From: Trichosphaerium sp. ATCC 40318
Lineage: Eukaryota; Protista; Tubulinea
DNA length: 64,000 bases
Reading direction: 5' to 3'
NCBI GenBank assembly: GCA_038496445.1
Contig: JALMLS010000612.1
Span: 124,001 to 188,000 of the forward strand
The translations under genes were made by a program, and so were the position numbers. This document shows positions 1-11,800 of the stretch, in pieces (positions within the stretch are counted from its first letter, which is position 1; every line of letters begins with the position of its first letter). The notes beneath the pieces were generated by a model. That model worked only from the letters and a program-made list of their open reading frames with translations. It made no database searches and was not told the DNA's origin.

Positions 1-276
1 ATCATCTTTATTATAAATACATATACAACACGCCAATACAGTTCACATGCACGCTCCCTTCGCTTTCCTAAAAAGTATCATCTTCCGGAAAGCTTTAAAC
101 TCTTTTAAAACTCTTTTAACTATTTGATTTATTATCTATTATTACTTGTTTAATGATAACAGGAGCAAAATCCTGTGTAAAAAAAATCGTAAAATTATTT
201 TGTCAGAATATCACAAATATTTAACAACAACACAAGCAACGCAACACAAGCTAGAAAACAACTCAAACTATATAAA

Positions 277-983
277 ATGAACAGCAGAAAGGACATACTA
301 CCTCCATACAAGTTCCATAAGATTGTAGACGCATGGCAAACACCAACAGAAGATGGTTGGCGCTGGCATCAAACTGGACAACGCCAGGTCAAGCACTATG
401 ATAATAAGCGCATTTACTACAAGTGCGCTCGTTCTACATGCCCTGCAAAAAAATATATTCAAAGACACAACGACAATGCTCAAATGTACGTACACAAAGG
501 CCCATTTTCGATGTTGATACAGAAAAACTCTCCTAGCTTTGGAAGTTCAGTGAGCTTTTTATTTTTTTTTGTTTTGCGGATTTTTTTCGTTTTTTTTCGT
601 TTTTTTTACCTTTCGGGAAGCTAAGTTTCTACTACAGGCTAGTTATGTACACAAACCAACATAACCATGAAAAAGAGACATCTGGTGTTGTACCATTGTC
701 TTTACGCCGAAGACCAGCGAATAAAACACCAAAACCGTCCAAACAGCCGACAATATACAAACACACTCATTTTAACACAACAAACTTTAAACCACGCGTT
801 AATGTTAAACCACAATGGAAACGTAAATTGATGGTCATCACACACGTCGGAAAGTATCAAAAGCCCGCAACATCACAAGACACAACACAACTCCGACGTG
901 TAGATGCATCTGCCAGACTATGGAGGATGAACCTTGAATTTATATGCTCCCCGAATACACCATTTCTACTTAGAAGCCAGTAA
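277..983 (+). CDS. Divergent WRKY-domain (C2H2-type) transcription factor, 2 exons (277-485, 638-983)
   Basis: Removing GT-AG intron 486-637 gives EDGWRWHQTGQRQVK...RIYYKCARSTCPAKKYIQRHNDNAQMLVMYTNQHNH. This is DG-x-x-W plus C-x4-C-x22-H-x-H, the WRKY layout, but with WHQTGQR in place of WRKYGQK. Confidence 0.8.
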
Positions 984-1482
984 ATGGCCATAGTCAGAAG
1001 ATTTACATAATTCAAGCGACTTGGCTTTTGGCCAAAAAAAAAACACTTTGTACTACTAGCAACCTCTCTTCTCCCTAAGAAGCCTTCTATATCACCTCTT
1101 TTTTTTCTACTACGGCTTCTCTCATTGGGCGGGAAGAACTGGATTTATACGATTCTCCAGAAATGTAAAATAGCTTCTTTTTTGTTCGATAACAATATTG
1201 TGGCGTTTAAATAATAAAAAAAAACATCAATATGACAAATTGCAGACTATTTTTTTTTCCGTCAAACGTTTTTTGGAACAAATCAGTTTTCTTGAGGTAG
1301 TGTGTACATTTCTTGATGTTTTGATGTGTAGTTCGTTTATTTTACATGTTTATACATCGCTTAGTACATTAGGCATTGTTATTTAGTTGATAGGAATGGA
1401 GTTTTCGGTTTAGGAGTAAACGACCGAGGGAACATTCCGGGGTTTTGAAAAAAAAAAGTTAAAATACTGCACGGAACATTTA

Positions 1483-4400
1483 TCATTCGAACTGAGTTTG
1501 GTATTGTTCTATCTGACTTGAAGCAGATAACACAAATACCTAATAATTATTAAATAAAAGCGAATTTAGAGAAAATTGTTCGGGTTTTTGTTGGAGACAA
1601 AAAAAAAATTTAATTTCGGCAATTCTGAAACATGAAATTCTCGAGAACATTTAAAAAGTTCATCACGTTATAAAGTAGATGTTTTTACAAACATATAAAG
1701 TAATTTTAAAATTCTTAATTATCGTAGAAATAATAAATCCAAAAAACAAAAAAAAAAAAAGTCGGCAAAAAAACGAAAGAAAATCTTGACGCTAATCACC
1801 TTATCTGTTGTTTCAATTATCGTATCAGGTAGAGGGCACGTATATACATACCTACCCTGGGTATTACCCGATTTACTTCTTTGTAAAGCGAGCGGAAGAA
1901 TGTCATCCGAAAGAAGTCCTTCTACAAGCGAAGAAAACGTCTCATTTATAAACTCTATTGGAATAGGCAACTAAAACTTTATCAGTCCTGTTTTCTATAT
2001 AAGGAAAGTATAGCTCAGTCGTTTTCTTTCTGAGACTGCACGCAAAAAAAACAAAAAAAGTAGCCTTCATCACAACCCTCACTAAAACGCAACGAGAACA
2101 AAAAAACAAGAATGAAAAATGGTTTTACCATTAGGTCATAATTGTAAGCCTTAAGATACGTACCAGATACACATTAGTTCCTTCTCTTGATTCACTAGTA
2201 TTCTCTGACCACAATACAAGATTCCTAAGAGCGCCAATAGCATACCGATTAAAAAACGCCTTGAAAAGAAATCAGAGTTGGATCATGTTTTGTACACTTG
2301 TTGTATGTTCAATAATGCGTGCGTATTATTATCGCATGCGTAATGTTGCTCATATCGTATGGCTAGAATTCATTATTATTACGTACGTAGCCCATTAGTG
2401 AATCCATAAAAGTAGGGTCATATACAGTACCACTAGAATAAGCATTACACACGTATGGTATTGTTCTATACTCTCTGAAATGGGATTCCTCTGGTTCCCG
2501 AAGTAATGAAAGTGATGACAAGTGAGCAAGCTCAACCTATAGGTAACACAAGTAAGCTTCTCTTGAGCGTAAAATGAACGCGGAAAAATGTATGTTGAAT
2601 GTAGGCCGAGCAAACCATCAAAAACTAATATCAGAAAGTAAGTCAAGAATTTCCGTACCAAAACTTCCGTTTTTGGAAATTGACGACGAACAAGAGCATA
2701 AGTTAATACTGCATTTCTATCTTGTATTTTTTGTTTATCAGGAGTTAGTCTAAATGGAGTTAGAATTAGAATTACAATAAACAAAAAGAAAGAAAAATTA
2801 CAAGTCTAGAATTCTAGAGTTGTACAAAGGAAGAAAATCTTCTTCTATTGGAGATACAGGGGCGCAATGTTGTGTTAAGGGCCCTTAAGCTTACCTATTA
2901 CATAGAATTATAACACACTTTGATTTATCTACACCTGCACGTTCTAACGCGGAGCGTTGTAGAGAGCTTCCCTAGACTAGGCGTCAGACCGATTTAATTG
3001 CTTGAAGACAATTTAATGGAAAAAAACCCAAAAATACCTTTATAAAATACACCTCAGGGAAGGAAGCAATTTCGTTCCATAGTGATTGTGTAGGTTCTTC
3101 TGGATATAAGAATACAATAGGTGCAATATTAGATAAGCATATAGTCCTATAAAAAGAGTTATGCGACAAGTAAGAAAGTGAAAAAAAATACCTAAGTGGA
3201 GCTACAATATAAAACCACTCGGATAGGTTCCCTGTCACAACAATATGGTTCGATAGAGGATTTTTCATGTCGCTTATACTATTTATAGTTGCTTCCTTCA
3301 AATTCCTTGGTGTTGATAGCGTGTGAAGTGTCTTTGAAAGCTAAAAAAAAGTGTTAAGAACAACCCGATGAAAATGTTTTGTTTTTTGTCATCGTACTGT
3401 GTGGACGCTTCTTGTCCTCAGGAAGTTTCTATTTTCGGCACTTGTTCTTATTGAGTAATGTCTGAATGCAGTACTTTTAGGTCTTGGCCTTGATCTTGGA
3501 GGAGAGTCTGGTGCTGCTAACCCCTTGAGTTGGTTTTGTTCCAGATGTGATTCCATATTATACACAAGATCATAGTCGGTTGTAATAAATAAACCCACCT
3601 CTCTACCTGTTAACCGGTACTACAATCAAGTGAGATAAGCGAATGTCATAGCATGTTGTTACGTACTGAAGAGCCTGGATTCAGCAAGCAACTAGACTCT
3701 TGATTCACTACACCCAAGAAAAGTACGCCCAACTCTGTGTATACAAGCTAGGTTTGGTTTAGAGATAAACTCAGAGTGCAATAGGGCACCTTTGCGACTC
3801 TACTGAACTTAGAACCGATGAAACATTTTAATATTTTCCCTTTTACAAACTCGCTTGTAAATCCACAAACTAACAGATTGGTTAGCGATATTTCTAAAAA
3901 CAATTTTTTGTTCGTAACGTACCAAATTCTGCACGTGCTTCAGAGTGTAATTCAATACTCTGCAGCGCGTTAACATTTGTTGCTCTAAATAAATCACATA
4001 TGAGAGAGCAGAAACCTGGCATGAGTGCATTCTTTGTGAGTAAACCCTGTAAAAAAAATTAACTCTAGTTTTCTAAAACAAAAAAGATGCTACCATTTTA
4101 ATCTCATTGGCACATATAATGTGAACATGCTTTCCCACTGATGTTAACATAGTCTAAGTTACAACAGTGAGTAATAGTAATAAGATATATTGTTTGTGTA
4201 CCTTGTTTTCTGGCTTTAAAAGCTGAACATATACTTTGACTCCTGGGTTATAACTTTTTATAGAAAGACATCTTAAAACTGTTTGTCTATCCATTTCTTC
4301 AGCATCACGTGCATACAGGTCAGCACATATGAAAACAGCTATAGCCGCATCTATTATTGAAAAATAAGCAAAAAGATTAATAGCACGTGACTACCTGCTT

Positions 4401-6381
4401 TTGCACGTGTCAAATCGCGATCGCTCTACAAATCTTCATAAATAAAAGAAAAAAAGAAATCACAAAAGACTAACCAAGCATGAGCCCTTGAGATAAGTTA
4501 TCCTTTTATAATATCTATCTCTATGTAGTGTTGACAATAGAGAATCACTCGGTATATTATCACTAAGTATACAAGCATTCAGTCCTTCCCTCATGTTGTA
4601 CTGTTATAAGTCAGCGATGAACGGCAAAAACAGTATATGCTGACAATGTACCTCATGATAGAATCCGCCCAAGAAATGGCTCATATTCGCAGATGAAATA
4701 AAACCACACAGAAGCACGTGTTTTTCCTTGCTCTTATTTAATACCAGCGATTTCTCATAAGGGTGTTTAGACTGTTCTAGAATACGACTAAGGTAAAAAC
4801 CTTGTATTGGAATGAGCGTGAAAGCGCCAGCAATAATCATCATCGTGGTCATTCGACCTAACATTGTAAGACTCATTAGAAGTCAATGTTATAGCATACC
4901 TAACCAACACTTGAATGAAATATCTCCATAACCGACAGTAGTAGCTGTAACTACTACATAGTATAAAGCAGTATGGAATGAATCAACATTCATATAAGTA
5001 ATATTGCTCTCAATTCCATAGTCATCAATGTGTGTTCTCTCCTTACAGGAACCAATTGTGCATACCTCGAGTACCTTGTACAAAGAAAGTTAATACAATG
5101 ACGAGATTGCATATAACCGTACGAGTACAGATAGTATGTAGACTACTGCCAACATGCTGAAAATCATTTTTAAAACTTGTCTAAATACAGCTATTGCTCA
5201 AAACGTTAGATGATGCTGGTTCTTTTTATCACTTGAGTACGCACGTGATCCCGACTTATAGTTTCTAAATAACCTGTATATCATTAAAACACGTAAAGCC
5301 CTTAGTGTGTAGATATAAAGCCAACTGCCGAACAATACAGGAACGAGAGACAACATTTCAACAACAGCAAAAAAAGAAAACAAAAATCTCCCTATAAAAA
5401 ACTCATTAACGCCTTCTTTGTAACTGACGAAGACATAAGTGTATATTCTCAAACGTGCGTATTTCCAATAAAAGTATGCACTGCACGAAGATGTTGAGTC
5501 ACATGACACTTAGGTCTTCATCAATGATAAACATAAAAATATTCAACAAATCAGCACATGCGCTCTAAAATCCTTTACGTACATCTGTGGTTTCTGAGGT
5601 AGAGTTTCAAGAAAAAAGAGCATAAAAACACGCCAGCCATAATAATCTCCTAAAACGCAACAACAATGAGTTATCCACCGCGAAGAGAGTCACAATGATT
5701 AAACAAAAAATCAACAGCACAATCTGGTCAGTTTTGACATGTTTTACGACTATTCACATACGCTTATAACTATCCATAGGGGTAGATCATCTGATGAATC
5801 AACCAGTTCAGTCCTGTACCAAGAGTGTTCTGTGTGGTATCCAATGTAACTTATATAAACAAGCAAAATACACCATAAAAGTGAGAATGCAGACTATATA
5901 CGTTAACCTCAACGTAATTATAGCGTGTTTTATTCACCTGAGCTAAATCCTACTAACATGTCAATATTATAACCGCCAAAATGCTTTGTTTTACGTACCG
6001 CAACGCGTAGGATAGATTTGCGCTTTATAACGCTAGCTTTTGTTACCCTCAGTGCATGTTGTTGTAATTTGGCCTTTATTTGTTCTATAGCTAAACGCGC
6101 ATGTTTGTAAGCGAATGAGAGTAAGTATGGTTATTAAAAGGCAAATTCCGTTTATGGCACGTTTTAGTACCTTGTTCTCTTTCCAACAGCGCCCCTCCAA
6201 TGGTTGGTAGTTTATCACTTTGTGTCATGGCTTCGTTACGCCGCATAGAAGGCGGTGATGTAACCTTGCCACCAACTCTATCGTCTAGTTGTATGCTGAC
6301 GGCATCCCATGACACGGTGGTGTGAGCGTCATTCGGCTGAGCCAGCAGCCTCTCTGTTGCTTCATCTGAGCTATTGTCCAT
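1483..6381 (-). CDS. Slo/BK-family potassium channel with two RCK domains, multi-exon
   Basis: Pore motif ALYYVVVTATTVGYGDI, S4-like LRALRVLMIYR, RCK1 (KHVLLCG, YLKGSCLSDRDLTRA), RCK2 (LSNHIVVTG, YVYTCPLPDTII). The GT-AG introns traced are canonical. Last exon VFVLSASSQ...FE* ends at 1483. Confidence 0.85.
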
Positions 6382-6500
6382 TTTATTTACATACCAATGA
6401 AGCTATAGTGCCCACACGACGCTAAAACTGGTGATGTTTAAGCAAGATTCTTTGCTCTGAAAGACTAAGACCAAGTTAATACGTCCTTTATGGAAACAGG

Positions 6501-7699
6501 AATGAAAAGACCTCTAGACGAACCAACCGACATGGCACAACCTAAAAAACGGAGAATAGCAAAATACTTTCGCATCAAAGCGCATAAAAACCCACTAGCT
6601 GATCATTCATGCGTAAATTAGTACGTACTATTGTATTATTTAATGAAAAAACATTATAACCGTTATACAGCCCTCGCAAGCCAGAATTGTTTAACTGGGC
6701 TGATTGCTACGCTCAATTCTTTAAAACAACACAAAATAAACTACCAGAAATCGCAGATGTTGGATGTGGTTATGGAGGACTACTTGGTGCGCAGCAGTTA
6801 CGCGCAGCGCTGAAATAACACAAAATAGTGGCACTTGGTAAATTATTTCCAGATACGCTCTGTTTAGGCATGGAAATACGTCCGAGAGTAGTAGAATACG
6901 TTGCAGATAGAATAGAGAAACTTCAAGCCAAATCACCTTCAGAGGGAGTAAACTTGAGTGTATTGCAAGTCAACGCGATGAAGTACCTCCCAAACTACTT
7001 TGTAAAAGGTCAGCTTTCAAAAATTTTTTTCCTATTCCCAGACCCACATTTCAAGAAGAAGGTGCACAGACGCCGTATTATAAGGTACATGTTTACGCTT
7101 GTAAATGACTGCTCACTTATTTTGTAGTCCTACACTTTTGGCTGAGTATGCCTATGCTTTACGAGTAGGTGGTATAATTTACACCGTAACAGGTACTTGA
7201 TCAAGCAAATAACTCACTCACTGCCTCCACAATGAATACATGCTAATGAAATTCCATTTTTTTAAACTTTATACTAAGCTTACGCATGGTATGCGGCTTG
7301 CCAGTACTTGGGTCCGTGAGGCACCAGAGAACGGAGGGGTTTCTAAAATTAATTAATTTCATCTTTTGTTTTAATGGAGTGTGCTTGATTGTTGTTTTCT
7401 TTTGCGCTTTCTTGACAATCTCACTCATTACCTTTTTGAATAGATGTTAAGGATTTGTTTGATTGGGAGTATAAGTGTCTGAATGAACATCCTCTTTTTG
7501 TAGAACTAACTAAAGAAGAGACTGTACGCTTTTTGAATTTTGTATGACATACCTTATTGTTTTGCTTATATTTTACATCAAGGATAATGATCCAGTGGTA
7601 CCTTTAGTGATGAATAGTAGCGAAGAAGCTAAAAAGGTTGAAAAAATAGACGGAGAAAAGTACTTTACAGCTTTCAGGCGCATTGCACCTCCAGTTTAG
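6501..7699 (+). CDS. TRM8: tRNA (guanine-N7)-methyltransferase, Trm8/METTL1
   Basis: Spliced product has YFRIKAHKNPLADH, ADVGCGYGGLL, LGMEIR, NAMKYLPNYF.KGQLSKIFFLFPDPHFKKK.HRRRII and SSEEAKKVEK. Introns include 6620-6670, 6787-6828, 7085-7127 and 7193-7443. Confidence 0.95.
7276..7340 (+). other. GC-rich structured segment in Trm8 intron 4, resembling the 3' half of 5S rRNA (candidate ncRNA or 5S-derived relic)
   Basis: AAGCTTACGCATGG...CCAGTACTTGGGTCC-GTGA-GGCACCAGAGAAC gives AGUA/GAA loop-E-like motifs around a GNRA-capped hairpin. The AT-rich flanks of the intron are partly complementary to each other. Confidence 0.3.
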
Positions 7700-8034
7700 T
7701 GTCTGTAACAATTTGCAACTTCGTATAGATTGTAATAATACTTGCTACAAATGCAATAGTAAAGGCAAGGATATTGTGGTACTAAAGTAATGGAAGCAGA
7801 AGAAAACAGATACTATGGTAAAGACTTTACAAGTTTCTTCGGTTGTTGCATTTTAAAAGCACGTGAACTTGTGGTTTCCAGTTGTATGTTCCAGCAATAT
7901 TTTAGAGTCTATAGAATGTAGCGCAGCTAAGAAAACTGCGCACCTAAAAACGTTTGACTTTCACAGACGTTTGTAAAACTCGCTATTTTTGAGATCGTTT
8001 AATTGAACCGCCACATGCACATTCACGTTTGAAA

Positions 8035-8730
8035 ATGGATGAATCACTCGAGAGGTTGCTTCTTCAAGGTGGTGAAGGATTTGTAAACGAGTTTGCGCCC
8101 CTTACTATTCTACACATCGATGAAAAGCCTGTAACAAATGTAAAAGAGGCTATAGTACGCGGCGTACTGGACTTACAACTATACATCTTCAAGAAAAAGA
8201 CATTGAAAATGAACATTGTACTGTGTAGGATACTCAATTATATTCGCAATCGCTTAGTTAATCGTAGGAAACGCGAACAGTACACTATTTGGGGTCTTTC
8301 AATGGATGACATAAAGAAACTCTCTCCAGGGCTTTACTCTTACTTTTCTATGCTGGTACGGTACTTCATTACTGAAACGGCGCTTTACAGTATTTCTCGA
8401 AGTAAAAACACATACACTGAAACGACAATTGCACTTTAGCGTTGGTTTGCAATCTTCACAGGGCTTTGGGTTCTGGTATGCCTTCCTCTAGCATTATACA
8501 ACGTATACGTTTACACTATTTCATCTGCGCCACACGATTGGGTTTTGGCAGTATTCCTCAGTCCAACTGTATGGAGCAGTACGATAATCAACCGTTTGTT
8601 TTTTTTGTTCTGGAAGTAAGGATTTGACTTGAAATAACACTATTTTATTTTAGCGCTAAGCCTACTTTTTAAAAGGCCACTCTGATTTGTAGCACGCACG
8701 TGACTTTCTGCTTTTATGCTCATTTGAAGT
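8035..8730 (+). CDS. Small putative membrane protein, weakly TMC/OSCA-like N-terminal fragment; 3' end uncertain
   Basis: Splicing 8357-8439 gives IKKLSPGLYSYFSML|RWFAIFTGLWVLVCLPLALYNVYV, a hydrophobic helix preceded by a G-x-Y-x-YF motif. Confidence 0.4.
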
Positions 8731-8881
8731 ACTCCATAAGGGTATACTAATGTTATAGCTTGCATAGTTGCACAAGAGCAGAACTGTTTATTACTTGTTT
8801 CATTTAAAACATACACGTGCTATTTTATGTTGTTATTTTTATTATTTCCTTCGAAAACGCGAACATGGATTCGTGATAGAT

Positions 8882-11800
8882 TCATGAAAAGAAAGGGTTT
8901 GGAGGCCAATTGTATGATTTCTGGTTTTTTTAGTAAAAAGTAAGATGTCATATGTAATTTTTACGAGCTATTTGTAGTACCTCTGTCATGCGCTGTTTCT
9001 TCATCCATAAAGGTATTTCACCAAAATCATAACCAGCGTTCATTACGTTTAATCCAATATCTCCTTGGCTTCTATTTAAGTCGATGTCTATCACAGAAAT
9101 GAGGCGCATAAAAACAGATACAAATTAAAGTCTTTTGCATACCTCCTGACTTTAGAATATCGACACTCTTCTTACCGCGCTTTAAAGTAACCACAGGTGT
9201 ATTTGAGTCTGAGGGCTCATTAAAAACAATATAATCAGTTTCTATAAGGTACATTAGGTTGAACAAGCATGTTAATAATTTTCTTTGTCTTTTTCTTTTT
9301 TACCTTTCTCAAAAGCAATGTGAACGGTGCCATTCGTTACACTTATTTTTGGGACCTACCATATCATTAGATTATGTACCTTCAATGTTACACACTGAAG
9401 CTCCTTCGGTGAGAGATCCTGCAGGGTAGAGTACAGTTATCCATTCAGAAGATGATGCTTTTTCACCCAGAATTCGAACTCTTGTTGCGTTCTCGTTTCC
9501 TACAACAATCTTCGTTCAACTTATTCGTTTAAATTGCCTCTTACCTTCGCTCTTCCAATCCCATCTATCAAACTTCCAAGTAGGATTAGTAATACCTGTA
9601 GGAAAGCAGTACAAAGTAGAATTTCCCATATCGTATGTATTAGCATCTATTTTCTTCGTATACTGATTTGTTTCTTGTTCAAAAGTTGCAATCCACGTGC
9701 TCAATACTGGTTCCTCTCCCCAATGCTGATCTTTCAATACTATATAATCACTAAAATGACATTATTGATCACATTGGAAATGGTGTAGCACATACCGAGC
9801 TTGTATAGGGTTCTTAACAAAGGCAACCGTCCGTCGATAAGTGAAAGGTGAATCAAAACTTGTTGTCTTGTAATTAGCTTGCCATATTGGAGGTGGTTTA
9901 TCAGGAAGCGTTCTTAATCTAGAACTAGATACTTGTCCAATAGCGGCATCTATATCATAGCCAAATTTTACTGCAATCAACCGCTCGTAAGAGTCCATAT
10001 TCTGATTTTCTCCAAGACAAAGTCTATTGTGCCAAAATTCCATTGGAGGTCTTGGATTGTACCTAGTCTGCCGTTCAGCCTTGATTCTTTACCCACAATG
10101 AGGAATAATAAGTACGTCCTTACCCAGCTAAAATATCTATGGCATGTCTACTACCATAGGCGCAGTAATGGAATGAGAGTTGATCTCCGTGGTCTAGAAC
10201 AGTTTACTTTGTATAAACAAAAAAAGACATTTTAATCTAACCATGCCCTCTGTTTGACCCTGATTTGAAAGCAAAGAATGATTCTTCCTTTGTCCCTGGT
10301 CTATTTCTAAAAACAACACCTAGATGGAATAAAGATCAGTGTTTTCGTACTCTGCGAATTGTTCACAAAAGAAAATATTCAGATATTTGTTGATGAACTT
10401 ATATAAATTTGTCTATACCGTAGCCTGGAAGTTCTTCTGATTTAAAAGTAGTAACATCGGGTAAAGGAATATTTGATTCTGATGAGATCCTGCAGCGAAG
10501 TTAAATTTATCAACAGAATTGTGAGAAAGAAAAACTCAGATTTCTTCGTACAAATGATAGTCTATTGAACTAGGGTGGGTATCTCCAAGTGGTAAGATGA
10601 ATCTACCATACCAATCGCTCGGTTTTGAAGCATTTGAACCAACAAAGTGATACGCAAAAGGTTGACTAACGTGATAGAAAAAGGAAACAGCCTACAAAAA
10701 TTACTTGTTAGTCTAGTTTTTGTTTCCAAGAAGCCTTCGTTCTTACGGCTTGAAATCGAGAATTTGACAGTATGTCATAATCAAGATACTTTTTAATAAT
10801 AGGTGCTTCAGCTAACCAAGCTTCCATGGCATGTCCAGTGTACCTACACAAAATTAAAGTGAGAAAACACAAAGAAAATAACCCCACAAAAAGGTCTTGT
10901 TCTTACCCTGGTGCCTCTTGACCTGCTCCTCCCGGTAGTGTTACTGAATAATATAGATCCATTTCTATTGCATCAATAGCCATTTGTTTAAATATTTCAA
11001 ACTGAGGGTGAGAAGTAAGACCAACAGTTGTCAAGATAGGGACTTTCATAAAATCGGTATTGAAATTAGGATTCTCAGGACTACAGACAAAGACAAGTTA
11101 CTAAAGAAGAGCTAAGTGGTTAAATAAACATCCAAATACCTCATATATCCTCGATATGCTCCATACCTATTAGTAATTACGTCAAACAGGTGATCATTAA
11201 ATGCTATTCAAAAATTGTATTTGAAAGGAAATAGAATGTCTTTGATGACGGAAAAAAGGTACCAATCCGGATCAAAGTTTGATTGTAACGAAGATAGTGT
11301 TTGTCTATTTGCTTTTGGTAATTTACCATTGTTGATATTCTTGACAAGAATTTTACCTTCACCTCTTCTACTACCTGTTTTTTTTAGTGTTTTACAAAAA
11401 CGATCAAGCAGTATTTTTGAACCTTACTAACCTGTAGGATTTGTTGACTCATTGTAGTAGTATATATTATGTACACCTCCTTGTGGTTGACCCGGCCAGT
11501 CCAATAGAAACACATTTGTCAATTTATCAAGGTTGTTCATGAACCAATCCTGTGCCCACTTGTATGTCTAAAGAAAACAGTTTTAGTTTCATCTTTAAGG
11601 CACGTTAAAAAAAAGATCAACCATTGTTTTAACTTCATCTGTCCCTGATATTATATAGTAGAATCTCTTTCCATATGACAAAGGCAAATGAATTGACAAA
11701 TACGACCTACTCAGACGTAAAAACAAAAACTCATATAATTTGTTTTTAGCACAGTTTTCTGCTGTATATTGTCACGTGTTTAATCATACCCTGAGGTATC

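Noticed and set aside
6381-6501. BK/TRM8 divergent pair (also IDE/PRA1 and ANKRD13/PTEN) as functional clusters
   Set aside because: No shared pathway; explained by genome compaction.
7276-7345. Twister or HDV-like ribozyme in the Trm8 intron
   Set aside because: The ...GGAGGG end is suggestive, but the required pseudoknot pairings and catalytic junctions could not be built on either strand.
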